64,000 nucleotides of DNA from Acutalibacteraceae bacterium. GTDB taxonomy: Bacteria; Bacillota; Clostridia; Oscillospirales; Acutalibacteraceae. Positions 28,322 through 38,270 of the stretch are shown in pieces. The position numbers were made by a program, and so were the translations under genes. Below the pieces are notes generated by a model that had not been told where the DNA came from, searched no databases, and was given only the letters and a program-made list of their open reading frames with translations. The stretch spans positions 23,450-87,449 of the forward strand of contig JAZRBF010000013.1 of the NCBI GenBank assembly GCA_045634985.1, written 5' to 3'. Positions within the stretch are counted from its first letter, which is position 1. Each line of letters begins with the position of its first letter.

Positions 28322-30244
28322 TCAGTTGAACAATATTATTTCCGTTGCATCGACTGCAACCTCTACCGATTTACCGTCATTGTAAATTCTGAGGGTTGTT
28401 ACACCATCGGAATTCTCAACAAATGCGCACGCACCATCCTTGCGAGTTACAAAACTGGAAACCACAACGCTGTCACCAACCTTGATTTCTTCACCGTCGG
28501 AATACGCATAGCAATCCGCAAGAGGCTCGCTGTAAAAACCGTTATATTCTTTAAGCACAAGAATATCCTCTGCCCCGTTAAGGACAAAATCAACGGCGGA
28601 ATTAGATATTTTTATTGATTCAGTACCGTCAAAACTGAAAATATCGCCCGTTACCTTACCGACATCTGTTTTAAGGTAAACTGCGGAATTTTTTTTGATA
28701 CCGAAACTTGTTATACTTGCCGCAACTGTTTTCTTTTCAGAAGGTTTGCTTTGAGAAAGAGAGCTTGTAAAAAGACTGTATCTCTCTCCTTGAGTATCCT
28801 TTACAAGAGCGAAAAGATTTTCACCGTCCTGCGAAAAACTGAACTGAGTCCTGCTCTTATCATAATCCGTCAGCTCATAGGTTATTCCAGAGCCATTTTG
28901 GACAACCGCAACCGCCATACCTTTTGTATCAACGCTGTTAGCAACAATACTGCAGGCATAATTTATAACTTCATCCATACCGCTTCTTGCCGCTATCTGC
29001 GAAAGAGTTGCCATATCGGTTTCTTTTTCTTTAATGGTTGTGTTTTCAAAAACTATCTTCGGGTCACCGAATGACGCGAATGCATATACCTTTGCAGGAT
29101 CAACATTCTGCGCAATCTTGCAAACAGATTCGCCGTTATAAGCAAAAGCAGTATATACAGGTGCAGTAAATCCGCCCTTCTCTACCGTTTCGTCAAGTGC
29201 CGCTCTGATTTCATCTCTTATCAGCTTATCCTGATAAGCTACATATGCCTTATTATAAGCTTCAGTAACACCGAATAAATCCCAATAATCCATTCTGTTG
29301 GGTTTTATTATTGATTTATCACTTTCAGCATAATCATCAGAGATAACATAGCTCCAGGAAACACTCTCCTGCGATGTTGTAAAATAATAAAGATTGCCTC
29401 CAGACTCATAGTTATCATACATAACATTCGTTGCGCTGTCGCAAAGCATTTCGGGAGATTCGCCCTCATAGACCACATAAAGCTGTGACGATGTGGTTGC
29501 AATTCCTGTTCTTGATTCATAAATCAGATGAGGTTTTTCGGCATTGCCGAAGCTGTAAATCTGATAAATATTGCGGCAGACCTCAAGAGGCGTTTCTTCA
29601 AAAAAGCTGTAAAGCACCTTGTTGGCGCCATGCATTTTTGTGAAATAAATTCCGCTTTCACCCATAATATAAATCTCATCAACATTTGATGCGAATGATG
29701 TTATTTTTTTGGATTTAATCTCACAGACGCAACCGTCATTGGCATTTGATTTACTGTTAAATTTGAGATAATAAACCTTGCCGTCAGATACCTCAAAATC
29801 TTTTTCAATACCGAAATCTATTATGGCAGGTGCAGTAATTTCACTACCGTCAAGCTCTACATAATAAAGGTCAAAAAGTTTCTCGTCGTATGCTGACGGT
29901 ATGGTATAATAAACTCTTTTATTCTTTGTTTCTGCTTTAAAGCTTACCGCATCAGAATCAGGCAAGGCAAGCTCCTTATCATTTATTCTTACAACAAATT
30001 CATTGCCTTTTTTAAAAACAAGAATGCTGTTATTTTCAATGTTATTACTTTGAACAAGCAAGATTATAAGAACAATAACCAATCCGACAACAACTGCCGC
30101 CGCGCTGGCGATTATCCCTATCTGCGCTTTTTTAGGAATTTTCTTAAACGAATCAAACATTGCAGGCAGAATTGATTTCTTACTGCCCTTTTCGGATGAT
30201 TCTCCATTTGTTATTCCGTTATCAAATCTGTTTTCCTCTGACAC
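28322..30244 (-). CDS. Hypothetical single-TM protein with a large beta-rich extracellular domain (possible beta-propeller)
   Basis: 640-aa ORF, TM at ~aa 43-64, recurring 'VYY/LYY/IYF' strands. The fold is inferred. Confidence 0.7.
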   Translation of the reverse strand: MSEENRFDNGITNGESSEKGSKKSILPAMFDSFKKIPKKAQIGIIASAAAVVVGLVIVLIILLVQSNNIENNSILVFKKGNEFVVRINDKELALPDSDAVSFKAETKNKRVYYTIPSAYDEKLFDLYYVELDGSEITAPAIIDFGIEKDFEVSDGKVYYLKFNSKSNANDGCVCEIKSKKITSFASNVDEIYIMGESGIYFTKMHGANKVLYSFFEETPLEVCRNIYQIYSFGNAEKPHLIYESRTGIATTSSQLYVVYEGESPEMLCDSATNVMYDNYESGGNLYYFTTSQESVSWSYVISDDYAESDKSIIKPNRMDYWDLFGVTEAYNKAYVAYQDKLIRDEIRAALDETVEKGGFTAPVYTAFAYNGESVCKIAQNVDPAKVYAFASFGDPKIVFENTTIKEKETDMATLSQIAARSGMDEVINYACSIVANSVDTKGMAVAVVQNGSGITYELTDYDKSRTQFSFSQDGENLFALVKDTQGERYSLFTSSLSQSKPSEKKTVAASITSFGIKKNSAVYLKTDVGKVTGDIFSFDGTESIKISNSAVDFVLNGAEDILVLKEYNGFYSEPLADCYAYSDGEEIKVGDSVVVSSFVTRKDGACAFVENSDGVTTLRIYNDGKSVEVAVDATEIILFN

Positions 30245-30275
30245 TAAAAATCACCCCTGTCCCCTTAAGCTTCTT

Positions 30276-30311
30276 CGGCGGCTGCCTTGCAAGAATCCAA
30301 AACAGCCGCCG
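30276..30311 (-). terminator. Hairpin after transketolase
   Basis: CGGCGGCTG...CAGCCGCCG inverted repeat with no strong U tail. Confidence 0.45.
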
Positions 30312-30317
30312 CAACAA

Positions 30318-31265
30318 TTATTTGAGTGAAATAGCCTGCTTTGCCTTTGCAACTATATTCTGTGCATCAAGGCCGTAAATATGAAGTAATTCTACTGCAG
30401 GTCCGGATTTTCCGAATTCATCGTTAACACCAAGTCTGACAACGGGCACACATTTGCCGCTTTCGCAGACTGCCTCTGCAACTGCACCGCCGAGACCGCC
30501 GATAATACTATGCTCTTCAGCGGTAACGATTGCACCTGTTTTTGCTGCTGATGCAAGGATTGTTTCAGCATCAAGAGGCTTGATTGTGTGAACATTGATA
30601 ATTTCAGCACTGATGCCTTCTGCGGCAAGGAGTTCCTTTGCCTGAATTGCTTCGTTAACCATAAGACCTGTTGCACAGATAGTTACATCTGTACCTTCGC
30701 TGAGAACAACTGCCTTGCCCCACTCGAATTTATAATCTTCGTTAAAAATTCTCGGAACGGCAAGTCTGCCGAATCTCATATAAACAGGGCCCTCATATTC
30801 TGCTGCTGCAAGAACTGCTGCTCTTGTTTCAACATCGTCTGCAGGGTTGATGATAACCATATTGGGGATTGCTCTCATAAGAGCGATATCCTCACAGCAC
30901 TGGTGGCTTGCACCGTCTTCACCAACGGAAATACCTGCGTGAGTTGCACCGATTTTAACATTGAGGTTGGGATATGCGATTGAGTTTCTGACCTGCTCAT
31001 AGGCTCTGCCTGCCGCAAACATAGCAAATGTGCTTGCGAATACGGTATAACCTGTTGTTGCAAGACCTGCTGCAACGCCCATCATATTGCTTTCTGCAAT
31101 ACCTGTGTCAAAAAATCTCTCGGGAAATTCCTTTTTGAACATACCTGTTTTTGTTGCTGCTGCAAGGTCAGCATCAAGAACAACAACTTTATCAGTTAAT
31201 CCGCCAAGCTCTACAAGTGCTTTACCGTAAGCATCGCGGGTAGCGGTTTTAATTACATCTGCCAT
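30318..31265 (-). CDS. Transketolase, C-terminal subunit
   Basis: 'ATRDAYG', 'GIAESNM', 'GEDGASHQ', 'AEEHSIIGGLG'. Confidence 0.95.
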   Translation of the reverse strand: MADVIKTATRDAYGKALVELGGLTDKVVVLDADLAAATKTGMFKKEFPERFFDTGIAESNMMGVAAGLATTGYTVFASTFAMFAAGRAYEQVRNSIAYPNLNVKIGATHAGISVGEDGASHQCCEDIALMRAIPNMVIINPADDVETRAAVLAAAEYEGPVYMRFGRLAVPRIFNEDYKFEWGKAVVLSEGTDVTICATGLMVNEAIQAKELLAAEGISAEIINVHTIKPLDAETILASAAKTGAIVTAEEHSIIGGLGGAVAEAVCESGKCVPVVRLGVNDEFGKSGPAVELLHIYGLDAQNIVAKAKQAISLK

Positions 31266-31284
31266 AGTATTATACCGTCCTTTC

Positions 31285-32127
31285 TTATGCCTCAATTTCA
31301 GCAAGAGCCTGCTGGAGCTCACTCATAGCCTGCTCATACTGCTCTGCGTTAGGTGCTGTGCCATGCCATGAGCACTGGTCTTCCATAAATGAAACGCCCT
31401 TACCCTTAACGCTGTTAGCAATAATAACTGAGGGCTTACCCTTGAATTCAGCGGCGGCATTGAATGCTGCGTCAATTTCATCGAAGCTGTGAGCATCAAT
31501 TTCAATAACATTCCAGCCGAATGCCTTGAATTTTTCGGGAATGGGATAAGGAGAGTTAACCTCTGAAATCTTGCCATCAATCTGAAGGCCGTTGTTATCA
31601 ACAACAGCAACAAGGTTATCAAGACCCTTTGCAGAAGCATACATTGCTGCTTCCCAGACCTGACCTTCCTGAATTTCGCCGTCACCAAGTACAGTAAATA
31701 CTCTGAAGCTCTTACCGCTGAGTTTTGCGCCGAGAGCCATACCGCAAGCAGCAGAGATACCCTGACCAAGTGAGCCTGTGCACATATCAACACCGGGAGT
31801 GTACTTCACGCTGGGATGACCCTGAAGCATAGAATTGCTCTTTCTGAGAGTCTTAAGCTCTTCAACAGGGAAATAACCTCTGAGAGCAAGTACGGAATAA
31901 AGAGCAGGAGCAGCATGACCCTTGGAAAGAACAAATCTGTCTCTGTTTTCGTCCTTGGGATTCTGGGGATCAACATTCATATGGTTGAAATAAAGATAGG
32001 TAAGAATATCGGCGCAGGAAAGCGATCCACCGGGATGACCCGATTTAGCATTGAAAACGCCCTCAATGATACCCATTCTGGCCTTGCAAGCTTTGATTTT
32101 CAACTGTTTTCTGATAACTGCATCCAT
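31285..32127 (-). CDS. Transketolase, N-terminal subunit
   Basis: 'SGHPGGSLS', 'DRFVLSKGH', TPP motif 'GDGEIQEG...NN'. Confidence 0.95.
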   Translation of the reverse strand: MDAVIRKQLKIKACKARMGIIEGVFNAKSGHPGGSLSCADILTYLYFNHMNVDPQNPKDENRDRFVLSKGHAAPALYSVLALRGYFPVEELKTLRKSNSMLQGHPSVKYTPGVDMCTGSLGQGISAACGMALGAKLSGKSFRVFTVLGDGEIQEGQVWEAAMYASAKGLDNLVAVVDNNGLQIDGKISEVNSPYPIPEKFKAFGWNVIEIDAHSFDEIDAAFNAAAEFKGKPSVIIANSVKGKGVSFMEDQCSWHGTAPNAEQYEQAMSELQQALAEIEA

Positions 32128-32146
32128 TGCAGCCACCTCCTGTAAA

Positions 32147-32968
32147 TTATTTTGTTTCAATGTATTCGAGGAAATCAGCTACAGCGCCGCTGTTGCAGTG
32201 GCACGCAACGAATTCCGAAATCTCCTTAAGTTCTTTCGGTGCTTGTCCGCAACAGGCGGGAACACCAACAGTCTTCAGCATATCGTAATCATTAAAGTAA
32301 TCACCGATTGCCGCGGTATGTGACGCGTCAATTCCAAGAATTTCAGCCAGTTTCATAACCGCTGTACCCTTATGCGTATTTTTAGCAAGAATTTCAAAAC
32401 TGCAAACCGAAGAAGACATAAGAGTAAGTTCGGAGGAATTGAGCTTCTCGAAATACTTCTTTATCCTTGCAATATCCGTCGGAAGACCTGAAAAAATAAC
32501 TTTACCCCAGTTCTCCTTCGGAACCTTGGCTATATCATAGATATGCTTATGCTTAAGCTTATCAACAACAACAAACCACTTGCCGAAAGCACCAAGACCT
32601 GTGATATATATTATATCCTTTGCTACAACGACAACATCAACCGTCCAGAATTTTTTTGCGGCCTTGACGGCAATCTCCATTGCTTCATCGTTCATTGCGC
32701 TGAAATGAATCATTTCCTGCTTCCGGAAATCATAAATACCTGCTCCATTGATAACAACTGCAGGTGTGCCTGAAATCGGCAGGCCCTTGAAATGTCTTTC
32801 CATTGATTGGGGATTTCTGCCCGATGCAAGGGTGAAGAAACCACCTTGAGCAACAAATTTTTCAATAGCTTTCTTGTTCCTTTCGGGTAGCTTTCTTGCT
32901 TTATTATTCAATGTTCCGTCAATATCCGAAACAACAAGCCAATCTGAAAACTTTTTCTTTGCTTCCAT
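32147..32968 (-). CDS. Cof-type HAD-IIB hydrolase
   Basis: 'SDIDGTL', 'ASGR', 'HKG', 'IGDYFNDYDML'. Confidence 0.9.
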   Translation of the reverse strand: MEAKKKFSDWLVVSDIDGTLNNKARKLPERNKKAIEKFVAQGGFFTLASGRNPQSMERHFKGLPISGTPAVVINGAGIYDFRKQEMIHFSAMNDEAMEIAVKAAKKFWTVDVVVVAKDIIYITGLGAFGKWFVVVDKLKHKHIYDIAKVPKENWGKVIFSGLPTDIARIKKYFEKLNSSELTLMSSSVCSFEILAKNTHKGTAVMKLAEILGIDASHTAAIGDYFNDYDMLKTVGVPACCGQAPKELKEISEFVACHCNSGAVADFLEYIETK

Positions 32969-32972
32969 TCTC

Positions 32973-33914
32973 TTACTTTATTCTCCTTAGGAAATCAGTG
33001 AAATACTCAGGCAACGGCGACTCAACGCGAACTGTTTCGCCGCTTGACGGATGAACGAATCCAAGCAAGCCTGCGTGAAGGCATTGACCACCAAGAGAGG
33101 TCACGCCGTTTTTAGGGCCGTAGACAGGATCGCCTGCTACAGGGTGGCCGAGATAAGCCATATGCACTCTTATCTGATGAGTTCTGCCGGTTTCAAGCCT
33201 AAGCTTCAAAAACGAAAAATCTTTATATTCTTCAAGCACCGTATAATGGGTAACGGCGTTTTTTGAATTTCTGTCGGTTACGCACATTTTCTTGCGGCCA
33301 TTGGGATGTCTGCCGATTGGTGCATCAACAATACCCTCCTGATTCTTCAGGTGACCGTGGATAACCGTTCTGTATTCCCTGGCAAGGGAGTGTTCTTTAA
33401 TCTGCTCGGAGAGCGAAATATGCGCTGAATCAGTTTTTGCAACAAGAAGCAAACCGCTTGTGTCCTTATCAATGCGATGAACAATTCCGGGACGGATAAC
33501 ACCGTTTATACCCGAAAGATTGCCTTTACAATGATGCATCAACGCATTGACAAGCGTTCCCGAATAATTACCCGGTGCGGGATGAACAACCATTCCTCTG
33601 GGTTTATTGACAACAAGAAGTTCACTGTCTTCATACATAATCTCAAGAGGAATGCATTCGGGTTCAAGCGAGAGCATCTTCGGCTCGGGAACGGTAAAAG
33701 AAAGCTCATCGCCATTCTTGGGCTTATAGCTTTTTGTTATAACTTTTCCTTTACACGAAACAAGCTCATCCGCAAAAAGATTCTGCACAAACGAACGCGA
33801 ATAATCCGAAAGTACGGCAGAGAGGAGTTTATCCGCCCTCTCTCCTGCCCATTCATCATCAACCCTGATGATAACAGGCTCATTATATTCAATTGATGTT
33901 ACTGATTCAATCAT
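32973..33914 (-). CDS. rluD: RluA/RluD-family pseudouridine synthase
   Basis: S4 domain, 'VNKPRGMVVHP', 'HRIDKDTSG', 'TGRTHQIRVH'. Confidence 0.92.
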   Translation of the reverse strand: MIESVTSIEYNEPVIIRVDDEWAGERADKLLSAVLSDYSRSFVQNLFADELVSCKGKVITKSYKPKNGDELSFTVPEPKMLSLEPECIPLEIMYEDSELLVVNKPRGMVVHPAPGNYSGTLVNALMHHCKGNLSGINGVIRPGIVHRIDKDTSGLLLVAKTDSAHISLSEQIKEHSLAREYRTVIHGHLKNQEGIVDAPIGRHPNGRKKMCVTDRNSKNAVTHYTVLEEYKDFSFLKLRLETGRTHQIRVHMAYLGHPVAGDPVYGPKNGVTSLGGQCLHAGLLGFVHPSSGETVRVESPLPEYFTDFLRRIK

Positions 33915-34407
33915 TTTCGTTTGCCTTTTCTTCTTTTGCTTTATTCTTCTTGCTTTCTCGGACAACTTCAAAAATCTCATAACCGATAAGCATAAACGCA
34001 CCAACAGTTATGCAGCAATCCGCAAAATTAAAAACTGCAAAATCAATGAAAAGAGGTTCTATAAAATCAACAACATAACCGTTAACGAAGCGATCAATCA
34101 GATTCCCGAGACCGCCCGCGGCAACAAGCACCAAGCAGACATTAACAAATTTCGACTCAATCTTCTTGGTAAGGAGCACGATAAGTACGCCGATAAGAAG
34201 AAGTCCCGAAAAAAGGATGAGAATAAGTTTATTCTCGGAAAACGAACTGAAGGCTGCGCCTGTATTTTCAACATATCTGAATTGAAACAAACCAAAAAGG
34301 AATTCAAACGGCCCATTGACTTTTACGGTGTTGATTGCGGCATATTTGGTAAGCTGGTCAGCAACGGTCAGCAAAGCAATTGCCGCGATACAAATAACCT
34401 GGAACAT
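33907..34407 (-). CDS. lspA: Lipoprotein signal peptidase
   Basis: 'DQLTK', 'NTGAAFS', 'GNLIDR', 'VVDF', 'FNFAD'. Confidence 0.95.
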   Translation of the reverse strand: MFQVICIAAIALLTVADQLTKYAAINTVKVNGPFEFLFGLFQFRYVENTGAAFSSFSENKLILILFSGLLLIGVLIVLLTKKIESKFVNVCLVLVAAGGLGNLIDRFVNGYVVDFIEPLFIDFAVFNFADCCITVGAFMLIGYEIFEVVRESKKNKAKEEKANEND

Positions 34408-34426
34408 AGTAACCTCTCAAAAAAGC

Positions 34427-35797
34427 TTATTCTCCGAAAAAGCTGTCAAAAAGTGAAGTAATATCATCCGAATCATCGGAATCTGAAGTTATATCATCAA
34501 GGTCAACCTTGAAGCCTTCAAAATCATCGTCATCATCAAAATCGAAATCAAAATCTTCATCATCATCTGATTTCTCTTCAACGGGTTCAACAGGAATTTC
34601 GGCAACAGGTATATCCTCAACCGAGGGAATCTCTGCATCAGGAATCTCAACTGCAATATCATCAAGAGTTGCAGGAATTTCTTCGGGAGCAACGATATCA
34701 TCGAAGCTGAGTTCTTCAATCATACTGAAAAGATCTTCAACATCTTCTTCGTCTTCTGCAGAAACTTCTGTTTCAGCAGGAGCTTCGGGAATGTCGATAA
34801 ATTCTTCCTCTTCTTCTGCAGGAACTTCTTCAGTTTTCTCTTCAACTGCAGGAATTTCTTCGACTACCTCGATTTCTTCAATCGGTTCTGCTGCAATTTC
34901 TTCTGCTGCAACGGGAGTTTCTTCTTTTTCAACTTCGCCGAAAATTTCAGCAAGAAGATTGCCTGTTACAGGTGCGGAAATTGTTTCTTCAGAAGCAGGA
35001 GTTTCTTCTGCTGCAGGAGCGGGATTTTCCTCAACGGGCTCAACAATCAGGTCGGCCTCGGCAACTTCTTCAATGATTTCTTCGATTGTATCAGGCAGAT
35101 CAGGTTCATAAACTGCTTCCTCTTCGGTTGCAGGAACAACAATTTCAGACTCCGAATCAGGAAGAGATGAAACAAGCTCCATCTGACCTGCAAGAAGCGA
35201 TTCAACTGTTGCTTTGAAAGTTGCGGTCTCTTTTTTGATTCTTCCAAGCTCGGATGTATAATATTCAAAATCAGCTTTGCTTTTGCCGACAATTTCCTTG
35301 CTCTGAGCTTCAGCCTTGATAATAATTTCAGTTGCTTTCTGCTGAGCCGCAGTAATAGCCTGCTCAGTTTCTCTCTGCGCTCTGTCGGTCAACGACTGAA
35401 CAGCAACCCTTGCATTATCAACAATTCCCTTTGCGCTTGCTCTTGCTTCATCAGTGATGCGTGCGGCTTCAGCCTCGGCTGCTTCACGAATAGCTTTGGC
35501 TTCTTCTTCAGCGGCACCGACTGTTGATGCTGCCTTTGCTGTTGCTTCCTTGTTGATGGATTCAGCAAGACGGCGAGCATCAAGCAACGCAAGCTTGATG
35601 GCCTCTTCGTCACTGCGATAGCTTTCAATCTTATCGGCAAGAATGCTTATTTTCTTAATGAGCTCCTTATTTGTATGAAGAGCTTCTTCATAGGATTCAG
35701 CAACTCTCTTGAGGAAAAGATCAACTTCCTCTGCGCTGTAAGCACCACTGACTACGGGAGTAAAAATTGCGTTTAAAATCTGTTCGGTTGTAAGCAT
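34427..35797 (-). CDS. DivIVA-domain protein with a long acidic low-complexity C-terminal tail
   Basis: 'MLTTEQI...F...GAYSAEEVDLFL' DivIVA motif, coiled coil, then an E/D/P/A-rich region; yggS-sepF-divIVA synteny. Confidence 0.85.
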   Translation of the reverse strand: MLTTEQILNAIFTPVVSGAYSAEEVDLFLKRVAESYEEALHTNKELIKKISILADKIESYRSDEEAIKLALLDARRLAESINKEATAKAASTVGAAEEEAKAIREAAEAEAARITDEARASAKGIVDNARVAVQSLTDRAQRETEQAITAAQQKATEIIIKAEAQSKEIVGKSKADFEYYTSELGRIKKETATFKATVESLLAGQMELVSSLPDSESEIVVPATEEEAVYEPDLPDTIEEIIEEVAEADLIVEPVEENPAPAAEETPASEETISAPVTGNLLAEIFGEVEKEETPVAAEEIAAEPIEEIEVVEEIPAVEEKTEEVPAEEEEEFIDIPEAPAETEVSAEDEEDVEDLFSMIEELSFDDIVAPEEIPATLDDIAVEIPDAEIPSVEDIPVAEIPVEPVEEKSDDDEDFDFDFDDDDDFEGFKVDLDDITSDSDDSDDITSLFDSFFGE

Positions 35798-35823
35798 AAA
35801 ATGTCTTCCTCTCTCACAAATGA

Positions 35824-36309
35824 TTATTCTTCAAACATTGCGCCGCTGATTTCATCAACAAGCTCACCTGAAACGGGAACATTATAAGGTGTGATGATAT
35901 ATGCTCTGCCTGCAATCTTTCTGAAATCGCCGTGATTTGCATAAGCGACACCGTAAAGGAAGTCGATAATTCTCTGTGAAACATCATTGGGGCAGGTTTC
36001 AAGGTTGAGGATAACAATTCTCTTTTCGTTAAGAATATCTGCAACCTCGCCTACTTCTTCAAATCTGTCAATCTTCTGGAAAACGACGTGGGGTTTTGAT
36101 GCCTGACCGGGATTGCCCTTGCCTGATCCGATATTCACAACATTTGAGCCGGATTTGTCTCCGCCTCTTGATGAAGGCTGCGGCTGGGGCTGTGTGGGCT
36201 GCTGGGGAGCAAAATCAAATTCCTCCTCTTCATAACCTTCCTCTGCACCGTCAACATAATCGTCATCGGTAACATTGATAAACTTCTTGAATTTCTCAAT
36301 AAAATTCAT
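35824..36309 (-). CDS. sepF: Cell division protein SepF
   Basis: 'VILNLE...QRIIDFLYGVAYANHG...IITPYNV'; follows yggS. Confidence 0.92.
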   Translation of the reverse strand: MNFIEKFKKFINVTDDDYVDGAEEGYEEEEFDFAPQQPTQPQPQPSSRGGDKSGSNVVNIGSGKGNPGQASKPHVVFQKIDRFEEVGEVADILNEKRIVILNLETCPNDVSQRIIDFLYGVAYANHGDFRKIAGRAYIITPYNVPVSGELVDEISGAMFEE

Positions 36310-36327
36310 ATCAAATTTCCTCCTTAA

Positions 36328-37053
36328 TTATCTGTAAATCCTTGCGCCGAAAATTGCCGAGCCGATTCTGACAAGATTCGCACCTTCAAGGATTGCACTT
36401 TCATAATCTCCTGACATTCCCATTGAGAGAATATTCATATTTATATTATCTATTTTTTTAGCGCCGATGTCAATAAACATACGCCTCATATTCGAAAAAA
36501 CAGCACGAATTTCAGCTTCTTTTTCGCAAATCGGGGCTACACACATCAAACCGTTGATACATACACCGTCAATCTCTGCAATTTCACAGGCTCTCTCAAA
36601 CAACTCATCCGCGGTAAATCCGAATTTACTGTCTTCGTTTCCGACATTCACCTCAAGCAGAATGTTGGTTGTAATCCCCTGCATAACAGAGCGTTTGCCG
36701 ATTTCTCTTGCAATATCAACCGTATCAACAGACTGAATCGTATCAACTTTGCCTACGATTTTTCTGACCTTGTTTGACTGCAGATGCCCGATAAGATGAG
36801 CTTTGCACGAATCAAGCAACAAATCAGGCTCTTTAAGCAAAAATTCCTGCACTTTGTTTTCGCCGATAAGGCTGATTCCGCATTCTATTGCTTTATTGAT
36901 GAATCGCGGCTCAACAGTTTTTGTAACCGCCATAAGACCGATATCCTCAAAACTTCTGCCGCTGCGCAACGCCGCTTCAGCAATATCGCTTGAGATTATC
37001 TTCAAATTCTCTTCAATCGCCAAAAAGCGTTCTTCATCCGATAACCATACCAT
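36328..37053 (-). CDS. yggS: PLP homeostasis protein (YggS/YlmE family)
   Basis: 'AVTK', 'GENKVQE', 'HLIGHLQSNK', 'LSMGMSGDY', 'VRIGSAIFG'. Confidence 0.95.
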   Translation of the reverse strand: MVWLSDEERFLAIEENLKIISSDIAEAALRSGRSFEDIGLMAVTKTVEPRFINKAIECGISLIGENKVQEFLLKEPDLLLDSCKAHLIGHLQSNKVRKIVGKVDTIQSVDTVDIAREIGKRSVMQGITTNILLEVNVGNEDSKFGFTADELFERACEIAEIDGVCINGLMCVAPICEKEAEIRAVFSNMRRMFIDIGAKKIDNINMNILSMGMSGDYESAILEGANLVRIGSAIFGARIYR

Positions 37054-38266
37054 CGCTTAAATCCTTTCCCGAAACAATAACTTCGTCATACAACTCAAGA
37101 TGAGCGTAATTCAATTTAACAGAATCATCTGCCGCTGCAACAACAAATTTATCATCCGTATACAGAATATTCAGACTCCTGAAATTCACAATATTTGCTC
37201 TGCGGATATAAACACCGGGCTGACCTTCATCATCAAAACGGATTGCATCCTTGCTAACCTTAAGACCTGAATATTCATTGATTACAACCTTACCCTCTAC
37301 TTTACGCAAAGATGCAAGGTCTTCATTCATAAGATTACATTCAAAAACAACAAGAGTATTGTTGCCCTCAACTGAAAGCATTGAATGCACCTTTGTGGTA
37401 ACAGTCTGCGAAGACGAATCACCAAGAATAAGTTTCACTGTTTTGCCCTGTGAAAAACCGACAGTTTTGCCTGTATCAATTACAGTTGCAATATACCATT
37501 TGTAACCGTTGATGATTTTGCCGATTGAGTTTTCGGGAACATCTTCCCTTTTACTCTCATATGCCCCATCGAGCATTTCAGGAGTAAGTTTATCAAGCGA
37601 TTCAACTGTCAGAACATTTTCATAGCCGTCCGAAGTGCCTACATAATAACCCGACGCTTCGGCGGTAATGATTGAGCTTACAGTTGCGGAAGATTCAAGA
37701 GAAGCGATTTTGGAAGACAAAGCCGCAATTTTATCCGAACAATCGACAGGCTGTTCAAGGGAAACCTGCTTTCTTGAAAGTTTTTCGCTGAATGAAAGTT
37801 TGCATTCCTCAAGGGAGGAATAGTCATTGTTATACGCATCATTGATAATGTTCATATATTCCTTATCAATTTCTGCGGAAAGCTTATCCATATCAATATT
37901 TGCAAGTTTAAGCTGGCTGTCAATAGACTTATAGACCTCCAGCTTGTTTTTTAACGAATCAGCTTCAACATAATTCTTTGCTGATGTTTCGTCTGCAAAA
38001 ACAGCGGCAATCGAACTTCCCTTGCTGACTCTCTCGCCGTTTTCCGCAAGCTGCACCGTTACACCTGCGGTGTTTGTGGTCAGAATTGTTTCATCGCGGA
38101 TAACATACATCTTTGCGCTTACAGTTTCCGGAACTGTCTGCGTATATACGGTTTGAGTTGTATAAGAATGTGCCGTCAGACCATAAAGCTCGGCTGCAAA
38201 ATAAATAACGATAATAACTGCTGTGGCCGCCGCCAGAATACCCAGCAGTCTGTTACCTGCCTTCAC
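37034..38266 (-). CDS. Membrane-anchored HlyD/membrane-fusion-like protein conserved upstream of yggS in clostridia
   Basis: N-terminal TM, lipoyl-like halves 'ENGERVSKGSSIA' and 'ITAEASGYY...DGYE', coiled coil, C-terminal 'LELYDEVIVSG'. Confidence 0.75.
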   Translation of the reverse strand: MKAGNRLLGILAAATAVIIVIYFAAELYGLTAHSYTTQTVYTQTVPETVSAKMYVIRDETILTTNTAGVTVQLAENGERVSKGSSIAAVFADETSAKNYVEADSLKNKLEVYKSIDSQLKLANIDMDKLSAEIDKEYMNIINDAYNNDYSSLEECKLSFSEKLSRKQVSLEQPVDCSDKIAALSSKIASLESSATVSSIITAEASGYYVGTSDGYENVLTVESLDKLTPEMLDGAYESKREDVPENSIGKIINGYKWYIATVIDTGKTVGFSQGKTVKLILGDSSSQTVTTKVHSMLSVEGNNTLVVFECNLMNEDLASLRKVEGKVVINEYSGLKVSKDAIRFDDEGQPGVYIRRANIVNFRSLNILYTDDKFVVAAADDSVKLNYAHLELYDEVIVSGKDLSDGMVIG

Positions 38267-38270
38267 CCTC

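Noticed and set aside
34509-35111. 200-aa Ser-rich plus-strand ORF
   Set aside because: It is the antisense reading of Glu/Asp codons in the DivIVA acidic tail. The same applies to 50599-51174 opposite the FtsK linker.
37034-38266. Efflux or type I secretion system
   Set aside because: No cognate transporter is adjacent; the gene sits in the conserved miaA-yggS-sepF division cluster.
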